In this document: in pieces, positions 16,046 to 23,918 of the stretch
Layout: each line of letters starts with the position of its first letter
Numbering within the stretch: the first letter of the stretch is position 1
Assembly: GCF_003010495.1 (NCBI RefSeq)
Contig: NZ_CP027570.1
Location: forward strand, 2,220,001 to 2,252,000
Direction of reading: 5' to 3'
From: Megasphaera elsdenii DSM 20460
GTDB lineage: Bacteria; Bacillota; Negativicutes; Veillonellales; Megasphaeraceae
DNA: 32,000 bases
Notes under the pieces: model-generated
What the model saw: the letters and a program-made list of their open reading frames with translations, nothing else
What the model was told of the DNA's origin: nothing
The model's database searches: none
Position numbers and translations under genes: made by a program

Positions 16046-17146
16046 ATGGCCAATACTTCCGTAGGCTATAAATGCCCGAACTGTGGCGGCCCCCTGGCCT
16101 TTGCGCCGGGGTCGGAAAAAGTGACCTGTCCGTACTGCGATACGGAATTTGAAGTCGCCAAGATCGAAGAACTCTTTGCCAAACAGGAAAAATTGGCTGC
16201 CGAAGCCCAGGCGGCGAAAGAAGCCAAGTGGGATACGGCCGATGCCGGCAGTGAATGGGGCGAAGACGAAGCAGCCCAGATGCAGACCTTCACTTGTTCC
16301 TCCTGTGGCGCTGAGCTGGTCAGCGATGGCAATACGATGGCGACGGAATGTTGCTACTGCGGCAACCCGACCATGATTCCCAGCCGTTTTTCGGGGATGC
16401 TCAAGCCGGATTTCGTCATCCCCTTTAAAAAGACGAAAGACGAGGCCGTAGCCGCTTTGAAAGAATTTTATAAGGGCAAACGGCTTCTGCCCAAGGCCTT
16501 CACGGCCAATAACCGCGTCGAAGCCATCCAGGCCATGTACGTGCCTTTCTGGCTCTTCGATTCTGATGTGACAGCGTCGGCCGAATTCCGGGCTGAGACC
16601 GATACGGTCTATGAAACGAATGATGAAACCGTGACCGAGACCAGCGTCTACCGCTGCGACCGCCAGGGGACCATGCGCTTCCAGCGTATTCCCGTCGACG
16701 GCAGCCAGAAGATGGACGATACCTATATGGAAAGCATCGAGCCTTACGATTATCACGACCTGGTTCCCTTCAGCAGCGCCTATCTGACGGGTTATCTGGC
16801 CGATAAATACGACGTCGATGCCGAAGCCGCCGTGCCCCGGGCGGACGAACGGGTCCGCCAGAGCGCCCTCGGCGTCCTCGAAGATACCGTCGAAGGCTAT
16901 GACCGGGTAGAACTCAAAGAAGATGTCATCAGCAAAGATGAAGGGGCTGTGTCCTATGCCATGGCGCCCGTGTGGATCCTGACGACGCGTTACCAGGACC
17001 AGCCGTATACGTTCATGATGAACGGCCAGACCGGCAAGATGGTCGGCAGCCTGCCTTATGACAAGGCCAGGGCCAACCTGTACTGGGCCGGCAGTGCCTT
17101 GATCTTGACGACGATTTTCTACTTCATTGCCAAGTGGTTCGTGTAA
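16046..17146 (+). CDS. Double zinc-ribbon protein with a C-terminal TM anchor (YdjG-like)
   Basis: CPNCGG..CPYCDTEF and CSSCGAEL..CCYCGNP ribbons. C-terminal hydrophobic helix LYWAGSALILTTIFYFIAKWFV. RBS GAGGTGA. Confidence 0.65.
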   Translation: MANTSVGYKCPNCGGPLAFAPGSEKVTCPYCDTEFEVAKIEELFAKQEKLAAEAQAAKEAKWDTADAGSEWGEDEAAQMQTFTCSSCGAELVSDGNTMATECCYCGNPTMIPSRFSGMLKPDFVIPFKKTKDEAVAALKEFYKGKRLLPKAFTANNRVEAIQAMYVPFWLFDSDVTASAEFRAETDTVYETNDETVTETSVYRCDRQGTMRFQRIPVDGSQKMDDTYMESIEPYDYHDLVPFSSAYLTGYLADKYDVDAEAAVPRADERVRQSALGVLEDTVEGYDRVELKEDVISKDEGAVSYAMAPVWILTTRYQDQPYTFMMNGQTGKMVGSLPYDKARANLYWAGSALILTTIFYFIAKWFV

Positions 17147-17158
17147 GGAGGGATAGCC

Positions 17159-17923
17159 ATGAAAGGATATGTAACCAAGAGTCTGCTGTTCCTGGCCTGT
17201 CTGTTCTTCCTGGCGATGAATGTCTTGGCCGCCAATCCGTCCAGCCTGGCTGACGGGGCCCAGCTCCTGAAGGGCAGTGAACGCATTGCCGTGCTGAATG
17301 AACTCGGCAACATTGAAAGGAAATACGGTGTGCGCCTGGCCGTCGTCACCGTCAAGACGACGAATAAAGTAAAAATCGGCGACTATGCCAATCAGCTCCT
17401 GGACAGCACCTATACAGACGGGAAGAACGGCAATATGGTCCTGGTCCTGGCGATGGATACGCGGGACTATTACGTAGCCACCGATAAAGCCATGCGCCAG
17501 CGCATCAGCGATAAAGGCAGCCTTCCCATCTTGGAAGAGAAATTCCTGCCCTTGCTGAAAGAAAAGAAATATGCCGAGGCTTTCAAAGCCTATGCCTTGG
17601 AGTCCGGTGAACTGCTGGCCTATTATGAAGCCAATGGCAAGGCCTATGATCCGCATGACGCCTTCAGTTGGACGGCGCTGCTCATCGCCCTGGCCCTCGG
17701 CATCGGCGGCGGCTTCCTCATCCGGCGCTATCTCATCAGCACCATGAGCAATGTCGCACCGGCCCTGGCGGCGTCGGCCTACCTCGATGAGAACAGCTTC
17801 GACCTTACGGAAAAGGAAGATACGTTCCTGTTCATGAATGTATCCCGCGTAGCCAAAGCGAAAAAATCGGGTCGCAACGACAGTACCGACGAGAATCACG
17901 GCGGTGGCGGCGGGAAGTTCTAA
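17159..17923 (+). CDS. TPM-domain membrane protein (YdjH-like)
   Basis: Signal/anchor, TPM-type core (LLKGSERIAVLNELGNIERKYGVRLAVVTVKTT..IGDYANQLLD), late TM helix ALLIALALGIGGGFLI, Gly-rich tail HGGGGGKF. RBS AAGGAGGG. Confidence 0.7.
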   Translation: MKGYVTKSLLFLACLFFLAMNVLAANPSSLADGAQLLKGSERIAVLNELGNIERKYGVRLAVVTVKTTNKVKIGDYANQLLDSTYTDGKNGNMVLVLAMDTRDYYVATDKAMRQRISDKGSLPILEEKFLPLLKEKKYAEAFKAYALESGELLAYYEANGKAYDPHDAFSWTALLIALALGIGGGFLIRRYLISTMSNVAPALAASAYLDENSFDLTEKEDTFLFMNVSRVAKAKKSGRNDSTDENHGGGGGKF

Positions 17924-17947
17924 GCCGGCTTATGAGGAGGGTTCGTT

Positions 17948-18418
17948 ATGAGATATGGGAAAAAAATACTGCTCATGCTGATGGCAGCCTGCCTGATCGG
18001 CACCAGTGCCTCAGCCTGTGAAGGTGCCCCTTACCGGTCCGTGCGCCTGGATTCTGATGAGGCCCAGCAGATTCACGTTTTTACGCGATGCTGGGATACC
18101 ATTTACCCGATGGACGGGAACCCCTTAAAGGAATTTGCCGTCACCGACCTCGACGGTAACGGCCTGCTGGAAATCCTGACGCGGGCCCAGAAGGGGGAAA
18201 CCGTTCCCGTCGTCTATGAAGTAGACCCGCAGCGCCGGGGGATAACCTTGAAAAGCAAGCAATGGTATTACCGGCATGTCTTCCAACATAACATCGCCTG
18301 GTTCACCATGCATCCTGAAACGGCAGCCGGCCCCTGGGTAGGCCGTACGGAAATCGTCGAATGGATGCTCCAGGACAGCTATGACATCTATATGGGCCGT
18401 AAAGAAGGCTTTGGATAA
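17948..18418 (+). CDS. Small exported protein of unknown function (DLDGNGLLEIL loop)
   Basis: 156 aa, signal peptide MRYGKKILLMLMAACLIGTSASA. RBS GAGGAGGG lies 7 nt upstream. Confidence 0.6.
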   Translation: MRYGKKILLMLMAACLIGTSASACEGAPYRSVRLDSDEAQQIHVFTRCWDTIYPMDGNPLKEFAVTDLDGNGLLEILTRAQKGETVPVVYEVDPQRRGITLKSKQWYYRHVFQHNIAWFTMHPETAAGPWVGRTEIVEWMLQDSYDIYMGRKEGFG

Positions 18419-18472
18419 TCCCTATCATTCACGAGATATGTATTAAAAGTCTATTAAGAAGGAGGGAATGGG

Positions 18473-20074
18473 ATGGCTTTTAGCAGAAGATATTGGCTGG
18501 TCCTGGCCCTCTGCCTGGCCCTGCAGGGATTGGGCCAGGTCCGGGCCGATCTCGTCGTCTTACACACCAACGATGTCCACTGTGGCGTGGAGAATCAGCT
18601 GGGCTATGCCCAGCTAGCCCAGTATAAAAAGGACCTGATGAAGAATCCTGACGATACGGTGCAGCTCGTCGATGCAGGCGATGCCATCCAGGGCGAACCT
18701 CTGGGAAGTCTGACCCGGGGGCAGGCCGTCATCGACATCATGAATGTCGCCGGCTATGATTTCGCCATTCCCGGCAATCACGAATTTGACTATGGCGTAG
18801 CACGCCTGCTGGAACTGGCACCGCAGCTTGCTGGCGGCTATTACAGCTGTAACCTGGTAGATTTGCGGACGGGGAAGACCGTTTTTCCGCCCTATAAGAT
18901 GGTGGCCTATGACGGCGGGAAAAAGGCGGCCTTCATCGGCGTGACGACGCCGCAGACCCTGATTTCTTCGACGCCCCGTTACTTCCAGGACGATAAGGGA
19001 CAGTTCATCTACGGATTTTCAGAAGATGCGACAGGACAGAAACTCTATGAACAAGTCCAAAAGGCCATCGACCAGGCTTGGGACGAAGGGGCCCGGACCA
19101 TTATCCTGGTCACGCACCTAGGTCAGAATGGGTCGCTCCCGGTCTGGACCAGCGAGGCCTTGGCTGCACATACGCAGAAAGTGGCGGCCATCATCGATGG
19201 TCATTCCCATGAACAATATGAACGCTTGGTCAAGAACCGCAAAGGTCAGCCCGTCCTCATCGCACAGACGGGAACGAAGTTCCAGTCTGTCGGCAAATTG
19301 GTCATCGATAACTACGGCCACGTGCGGGGCGAATTAGTGACCCAGCTGGACGGGGCCGATGCGGCGACAGAAGCCGTCGTACAGCGCAAAATGGCTGTCG
19401 TCCGGGAACAACTCCAGCAGCCGGTTGCCACGCTGCCTGTGGATTTCGTGACCGATATCGAGGGGCAGCGGCGCGTCCGGAACGGGGAAACGAACCTGGC
19501 TGATTTAGCTGTCGATGCCATCCGGTACCGGCTGCATACGGATGTGGCGCTCCTGAACGGCGGTTCCTTCCGGGCCCCGCTATCAGCCGGCATTGTGACC
19601 TATGAATCGTTATACCGGGTCTTTCCCTTTTCCAATCAGCTCGTCGTCTGCAGCGTAACGGGCCAGCAGCTCCTCGATGCCCTGGAAATGGGGGCTTCGC
19701 GGTATCCTCAGGAATTTGGCGGATTTTTGCAGGTGTCCGGCCTGACTTACCGCATCGATCCGGCGATTCCCAGTTCCGTCGTCCTCGACGATAAGGGCCG
19801 TTTCGTCAAAGTGGCCGGCCCGCGGCGGGTCAAAGACGTCCAGGTCAACGGCAAGGTCATCGAGGCCGATGAAGACTACCGCGTCGGCGGTACGGCTTAC
19901 GTCCTCTGCCATGGCGGCGATGGACAGACAAGCCTGCAAGGCGGCATCCTGTTGGAAGATACGGGCCTGTCCGATGTCGACGCTCTGGTAGAGTATCTCT
20001 CCCATAAGGGGGACACCCTGGCTGCTGACTATGGCAACCCGGCCGGACAGGGACGGATTATCGTCGGCCCGTAA
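18473..20074 (+). CDS. Exported bifunctional metallophosphatase/5'-nucleotidase (UshA/CpdB family)
   Basis: Calcineurin-type motifs HTNDVHCG, DAGDAIQG, GNHEFDYG, DGHSHE, plus a C-terminal 5'-nucleotidase domain. Signal peptide present. Confidence 0.85.
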   Translation: MAFSRRYWLVLALCLALQGLGQVRADLVVLHTNDVHCGVENQLGYAQLAQYKKDLMKNPDDTVQLVDAGDAIQGEPLGSLTRGQAVIDIMNVAGYDFAIPGNHEFDYGVARLLELAPQLAGGYYSCNLVDLRTGKTVFPPYKMVAYDGGKKAAFIGVTTPQTLISSTPRYFQDDKGQFIYGFSEDATGQKLYEQVQKAIDQAWDEGARTIILVTHLGQNGSLPVWTSEALAAHTQKVAAIIDGHSHEQYERLVKNRKGQPVLIAQTGTKFQSVGKLVIDNYGHVRGELVTQLDGADAATEAVVQRKMAVVREQLQQPVATLPVDFVTDIEGQRRVRNGETNLADLAVDAIRYRLHTDVALLNGGSFRAPLSAGIVTYESLYRVFPFSNQLVVCSVTGQQLLDALEMGASRYPQEFGGFLQVSGLTYRIDPAIPSSVVLDDKGRFVKVAGPRRVKDVQVNGKVIEADEDYRVGGTAYVLCHGGDGQTSLQGGILLEDTGLSDVDALVEYLSHKGDTLAADYGNPAGQGRIIVGP

Positions 20075-20115
20075 ACAGCAGCTGTGTGACGGCTATAGAA
20101 AAGGAGGTATTTTCG

Positions 20116-21150
20116 ATGAATCAGATGATGACCAAACGGCTTCTTTCGCTAGTGGCGGCAGGCATCGTTTTTGCCGCTTCCCTGGCCGGATGTGGCAGTA
20201 ACGCACCGGAATCACCGAAAGCAGATGCCGTGAAGATGGAAGCCATCCAGACACTTAAACTGGCTGGCAAAGACGTACCGCTCTATGAATTGACGGGCAC
20301 TGAGCTGCCTCATTTCGTCAATTCTCGCTTGGCCGTAACAGCGGATGCGGTCTATGCTCCGACTCAGGAGAAAGGGGAAGACGATGCTCATCTCTGGAAA
20401 TTCCCGATGAAAGGCGACAAGCTCTCGGCTGGACAGGAAATCGGTCTGATGAAACGGTCCTGGCTGACGACGAACGGCCAGAACGTCTATTTTTGCCAGG
20501 GCAATCATGTCCAGGGCATCTATGACGGTTCGGCTGTCCACCAGGCGGCCTTGAGCAGCAACCGGGAAGGTTCCCTCCAGGCTGTCTACGGCAGTGATAC
20601 GGTCTATTTCGATCGCGAAGGGGCCAGTGCGACGGCCGGCATCACGCGGGGCACGCTCACGAAAGACGGCTTTTCGAATCCCAAACTGCTGCTGGCTACC
20701 TTTGGTTATATAGACCAGCGCAAGGCTGCTAAAGACGAAGTCGCTCCCAAGCTGATTGCAGCCGATACAGACGGCTTCTATATGCAGTGGACGGCCCGTA
20801 ATGGTTCGAACAATGGCACGGGATGGACGAAACCGGTTTATGCTTTTGACCCGGATGGCAAGGAACTGCGTTCCTTTGAAGTAAATACAGGCCTGGCTGA
20901 AGGAATGCAGAAAGCTTCCGCCAGCGGACCTATCGTAGTGACTCAGGACTATGTCGTGTTTACCGGACGGGGCCTGTTCCGCATTTTCAATAAAAAGACC
21001 GGTGCTGCTGTCGGAGATATCACCTATCAGATTGACGACCAGGTCTACACGCCCGATGCCATTACCACGGACGGGACGAACCACGTCTATTTCACCATTT
21101 ACAATCGTCAGCAGAACGTCCAGCACCTCTATCGCCTGGATCTGCCCTAA
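20116..21150 (+). CDS. Lipoprotein of unknown function
   Basis: AAGGAGG at 20101-20107 precedes ATG 20116. Lipobox in MNQMMTKRLLSLVAAGIVFAASLAGC. Recurrent xVYF/FYM strands suggest an all-beta repeat fold. Confidence 0.65.
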   Translation: MNQMMTKRLLSLVAAGIVFAASLAGCGSNAPESPKADAVKMEAIQTLKLAGKDVPLYELTGTELPHFVNSRLAVTADAVYAPTQEKGEDDAHLWKFPMKGDKLSAGQEIGLMKRSWLTTNGQNVYFCQGNHVQGIYDGSAVHQAALSSNREGSLQAVYGSDTVYFDREGASATAGITRGTLTKDGFSNPKLLLATFGYIDQRKAAKDEVAPKLIAADTDGFYMQWTARNGSNNGTGWTKPVYAFDPDGKELRSFEVNTGLAEGMQKASASGPIVVTQDYVVFTGRGLFRIFNKKTGAAVGDITYQIDDQVYTPDAITTDGTNHVYFTIYNRQQNVQHLYRLDLP

Positions 21151-21158
21151 CGGTAAGG

Positions 21159-21205
21159 GACTGTCCCATGAAGGCTTCTGCCCATCATGGGACAGTCTTT
21201 TTTTT
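21159..21205 (+). terminator. Rho-independent terminator
   Basis: GACTGTCCCATGA (21159-21171) pairs perfectly with TCATGGGACAGTC (21185-21197), then T8. Confidence 0.85.
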
Positions 21206-21215
21206 GCCTTTTTAT

Positions 21216-21261
21216 CTGTCATGACAGTTGCGTTGTTGAATTATGTCATGTGTCATGACAG
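21216..21261. promoter_or_regulatory. Two copies of the palindrome TGTCATGACAG upstream of the adhesin gene
   Basis: CTGTCATGACAG at 21216-21227 is a perfect 12-nt palindrome. TGTCATGACAG recurs at 21251-21261, preceded by another TGTCATG at 21244-21250. Centres are about 34-35 bp apart. Confidence 0.45.
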
Positions 21262-21321
21262 ATTCGCAAAAGGCAATGATGCGGCTTAAAACACGATAGT
21301 AATTGCAAAATATACTTAATT

Positions 21322-21344
21322 TACCTGTAATAAATTACAGTGTA
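21322..21344 (+). promoter_or_regulatory. 23-nt conserved operator-like motif, copy 2
   Basis: TACCTGTAATAAATTACAGTGTA is identical to 11392-11414. Confidence 0.6.
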
Positions 21345-21368
21345 CAGGCTTCACCTTTTTACTATAAT
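21341..21368 (+). promoter_or_regulatory. Putative adhesin promoter (TGTACA-16-TATAAT)
   Basis: -35-like TGTACA at 21341-21346 and TATAAT at 21363-21368, about 55 nt before ATG 21425. Confidence 0.5.
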
Positions 21369-21424
21369 GAATTAAGAAAATAACTTACATAATTTATAGT
21401 ATAAAAGCAAAGGAGGCGTAAATC

Positions 21425-23776
21425 ATGAAAAGACGTCATCATTGTAAATCATCCCATGCTAAAGTGACTTTAGCCGTATTAGCCCTGTGTGGCATGACCG
21501 CTTTTTGGGGCAGTGCTGCCTGGGCCGCTGATGCCGGGCAGACTCCGAATCCCGTCCAGGACGGCATCCATTATTTCAGTGTGAAGCCGGAAGACGGTAA
21601 TCGAGCCAGGAATTACAATAATGACGGCGCTGTCGGGACCGATTCCCTGGCCGTCGGCGCCGGCGCTTATGCAGACGGGACCATGGGCGCCACGGCCCTG
21701 GGCAACGATGCCGTAGCGGACGGCGAACGGGCCCTGGCCGTAGGAAACGGATCAAAAGCCACCGGTCTGGACGCCATCGCCATCGGTACGGGAAGCCAGG
21801 GGGAAGCCAACGGGACCAATGCCATCGCCATCGGGGAACAGACCCTTGCCAGAGGCATGTATACAACGGCAGTGGGAGGTTATTCCGAAGCCACTGCTGA
21901 GGGAGCCGTGGCCCTGGGCCAGCAGGCCAAGAGCAAGGGCAAATACAGTACCAGCATCGGCATGATGGCCAATGGCATGTATGAAGGCGGAACGGCTGGT
22001 GACTATTCCACGGCCGTAGGGGCTTATTCCGAATCTTCCGGATTGGCTTCCGCGGCCCTGGGCGGCTTCAGCAAAGCCACCGATGACTTCGCAACGGCTT
22101 TGGGCTATGGCAGTGGAGCTGTCCTTCGAGGCACGGCCGTAGGGGCTGCCAGCCAGATTACGGGAGAAGGCGGCACGGCGATAGGCCTGCTGAGTATTTC
22201 TTCTGCCCCGGGAGCCGTGGCGTTGGGCATGAGTTCCGTAGCCGACCGGGAAGCGGGCTGGCAGGGATATCATCCGGTGTACGGCCAGATGCAGGACGTT
22301 TCTCCTGCCTGGCAATCCACCTGGGGTGCCGTGTCCGTAGGTGCCGGTCCTTCCCGTGATGAAAATGGCCGGACGATTCCCCAGCGGACCCGGCAGATCA
22401 TCAATCTGGCCGCCGGGACGGAAGATACGGACGCTGTGAACGTGGCCCAGCTGAGAGAAGCCATGAGCGATGCTCGGGTCTCCATCCATGCCGGTGAAGG
22501 AATCATTGTGGAGAAGATGGGAACCGAGTACACCATCAAAGCCAATCTGAACGGCTTGAGCAACGAGCACGGAACGGTACACATCCTGTCCGATACAGGA
22601 GAATTCCCGCACGATTGGCCGGATGGCTCTTCTGATCAGCCTGATCCAGCCCCCAGGCCCGCTCCCCGGCGGGTAATGGCAGCAGCACCGGAAGTCGATA
22701 ACGGCGGATTGCTCCATCTGGGCTACGTGGCCAATGAAGTGAAATTTGCCACTGATGATAAGAATACGGCCCAGCTCAACGACGGAGGGACTGTCAATGT
22801 ACTGGGCGGAAACAATATCTATACGACGTCCAGTACTACAGAAAATAAAACTGTAGACAATATCCATATCAATCTGAAGCCGGACATCACCGTCGATAGT
22901 ATCCAAATCTCTCGGGACGGACCGAAACTGGATGGAACCGGCCTCGATATGGACAACAAATCTATTACTCAGTTGGCACCGGGTGAAGTATCGGCGACGT
23001 CTACGGATGCCGTCAACGGCAGCCAGCTTTACGCTACCAACCAGATGGTTCAGGAAAACCGGCAGAACATTACCCAGCTGGGGAATTCCCTGAATAAGCT
23101 GGATAACCGCATCAACCGCGTCGGTGCTGGCGCAGCCGCTTTGGCAGCGCTCCATCCGCTGGACTTCGACCCGGACGATAAGTGGGATTTCGCAGCCGGT
23201 TACGGTAACTACCGCGGTGCCAATGCGGCAGCTGTTGGACTCTACTATCGGCCCAATGAAGACACCATGTTCAGCGTCGGTGGCAGCTTCGGCGGCGGTG
23301 AGAACATGATCAATGCCGGCGTCAGCCTGAAAATCGGCCGCGGCAACCATGTTTCCAACTCCCGTGTCGCCATGGCGAAAGAAATCCGCGACCTGCGGCA
23401 GGCCCTGGCTGAACAGGCTGCTGAAATCGCCCAGCTCAAAGGGATGCATCATCTGGCTATCGACCCCGATAAGAGCCTGCTCTTCCCTGATGTAGCCGAT
23501 AACCACTGGGCTTACGAATACGTCAGCAAACTGGCTGGCAACGGTATCCTCGAAGGTTATCCCGATGGCTTGTTCAAGGGTAACCAGATGATGACGCGCT
23601 ATGAATTTGCAGCCATCGTCTATCGGCTGATGGAAAAAGGATTTGGCCATACGGATCCGGAAATGAACCGCCTGGCTCGCGAATTCAGCAATGAACTGTC
23701 CTATATCCGCATCGATACGATTCATCAAGATAAAGACGGCACGCCGACGGTACAGCGTGTCCGCGTAAAGAAATAA
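21425..23776 (+). CDS. Trimeric autotransporter adhesin (type Vc, YadA-like) with a C-terminal SLH domain
   Basis: Signal peptide. Head repeats (SLAVGAGAYADG, ALAVGNGSKATG, AIAIGTGSQ, AIAIGEQTLA...). Neck/stalk DAVNVAQL and DAVNGSQLYATN. YadA anchor at about 23108-23338 (GAGAAALAALHPLDFDPDDKWDFAAGYGNYRGANAAAVGLYYRPNEDTMFSVGG...AGVSLKIG). SLH at about 23483-23636 (FPDVADNHWAYEYVSKLAGNGILEGYPDGLFKGNQMMTRYEFAAIVYRLM). Confidence 0.88.
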   Translation: MKRRHHCKSSHAKVTLAVLALCGMTAFWGSAAWAADAGQTPNPVQDGIHYFSVKPEDGNRARNYNNDGAVGTDSLAVGAGAYADGTMGATALGNDAVADGERALAVGNGSKATGLDAIAIGTGSQGEANGTNAIAIGEQTLARGMYTTAVGGYSEATAEGAVALGQQAKSKGKYSTSIGMMANGMYEGGTAGDYSTAVGAYSESSGLASAALGGFSKATDDFATALGYGSGAVLRGTAVGAASQITGEGGTAIGLLSISSAPGAVALGMSSVADREAGWQGYHPVYGQMQDVSPAWQSTWGAVSVGAGPSRDENGRTIPQRTRQIINLAAGTEDTDAVNVAQLREAMSDARVSIHAGEGIIVEKMGTEYTIKANLNGLSNEHGTVHILSDTGEFPHDWPDGSSDQPDPAPRPAPRRVMAAAPEVDNGGLLHLGYVANEVKFATDDKNTAQLNDGGTVNVLGGNNIYTTSSTTENKTVDNIHINLKPDITVDSIQISRDGPKLDGTGLDMDNKSITQLAPGEVSATSTDAVNGSQLYATNQMVQENRQNITQLGNSLNKLDNRINRVGAGAAALAALHPLDFDPDDKWDFAAGYGNYRGANAAAVGLYYRPNEDTMFSVGGSFGGGENMINAGVSLKIGRGNHVSNSRVAMAKEIRDLRQALAEQAAEIAQLKGMHHLAIDPDKSLLFPDVADNHWAYEYVSKLAGNGILEGYPDGLFKGNQMMTRYEFAAIVYRLMEKGFGHTDPEMNRLAREFSNELSYIRIDTIHQDKDGTPTVQRVRVKK

Positions 23777-23804
23777 GGACGAATTTCGTTCGTTGTTCAT
23801 CCTG

Positions 23805-23836
23805 CTAAGAACTAGCCACTAATTGCTAATCACTAA
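23805..23836 (+). repeat. Five CTA triplets at exact 7-nt spacing in the adhesin 3' UTR
   Basis: CTAAGAA CTAGCCA CTAATTG CTAATCA CTAA, with CTA at 23805, 23812, 23819, 23826 and 23833. Confidence 0.55.
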
Positions 23837-23837
23837 A

Positions 23838-23867
23838 AGAGGTTGTCTTAATGCGACAGCCTCTTTT
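23838..23867 (+). terminator. Rho-independent terminator after the adhesin gene
   Basis: AGAGGTTGTC pairs with GACAGCCTCT (one G:U), 7-nt loop, short T-run. Confidence 0.75.
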
Positions 23868-23891
23868 GTCTGTTCAGCTGTATAACACTTA

Positions 23892-23900
23892 TGTTATAAT
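23892..23900 (+). promoter_or_regulatory. Extended -10 element TGtTATAAT upstream of the sensor operon
   Basis: TGTTATAAT at 23892-23900. It lies very close to ATG 23919, so the exact start codon of the next CDS is uncertain. Confidence 0.4.
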
Positions 23901-23918
23901 TAATAAAAAGCAACGGTT

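Noticed and set aside
15590-17899. 769-aa minus-strand ORF spanning three plus-strand genes, and a 682-aa minus-strand ORF at 21752-23800 opposite the adhesin gene.
   Set aside because: There is no RBS or start context, the composition is repetitive and Arg/Gly-rich, and the ORFs cross plus-strand gene boundaries. They are artefacts of stop-codon depletion on the antisense strand.
20951-21289. 112-aa plus-strand ORF running from the lipoprotein gene through its terminator into the adhesin control region.
   Set aside because: It overlaps a better-supported CDS out of frame and reads through a strong intrinsic terminator. It has no RBS.
21576-21866. Repetitive DNA inside the adhesin head region (for example GCCATCGCCATCGG occurs twice), considered as a possible tandem-repeat or CRISPR-like array.
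   Set aside because: The repeats are in frame and encode the YadA-type head motif (AIAIG...). There is no spacer-repeat regularity, so this is ordinary protein-repeat structure.
23805-23836. TAG-N4 repeated five times (minus-strand reading) resembles the UAG-N4 arrays bound by HutP-type antiterminators, and GAG/GAU-N4 at 11272-11288 resembles TRAP/HutP-like spacing.
   Set aside because: At 23805 the UAG reading is on the strand not expected to be transcribed. Both tracts lie in 3' UTRs rather than 5' leaders, and no hut or trp genes are nearby. I report them only as periodic tracts.
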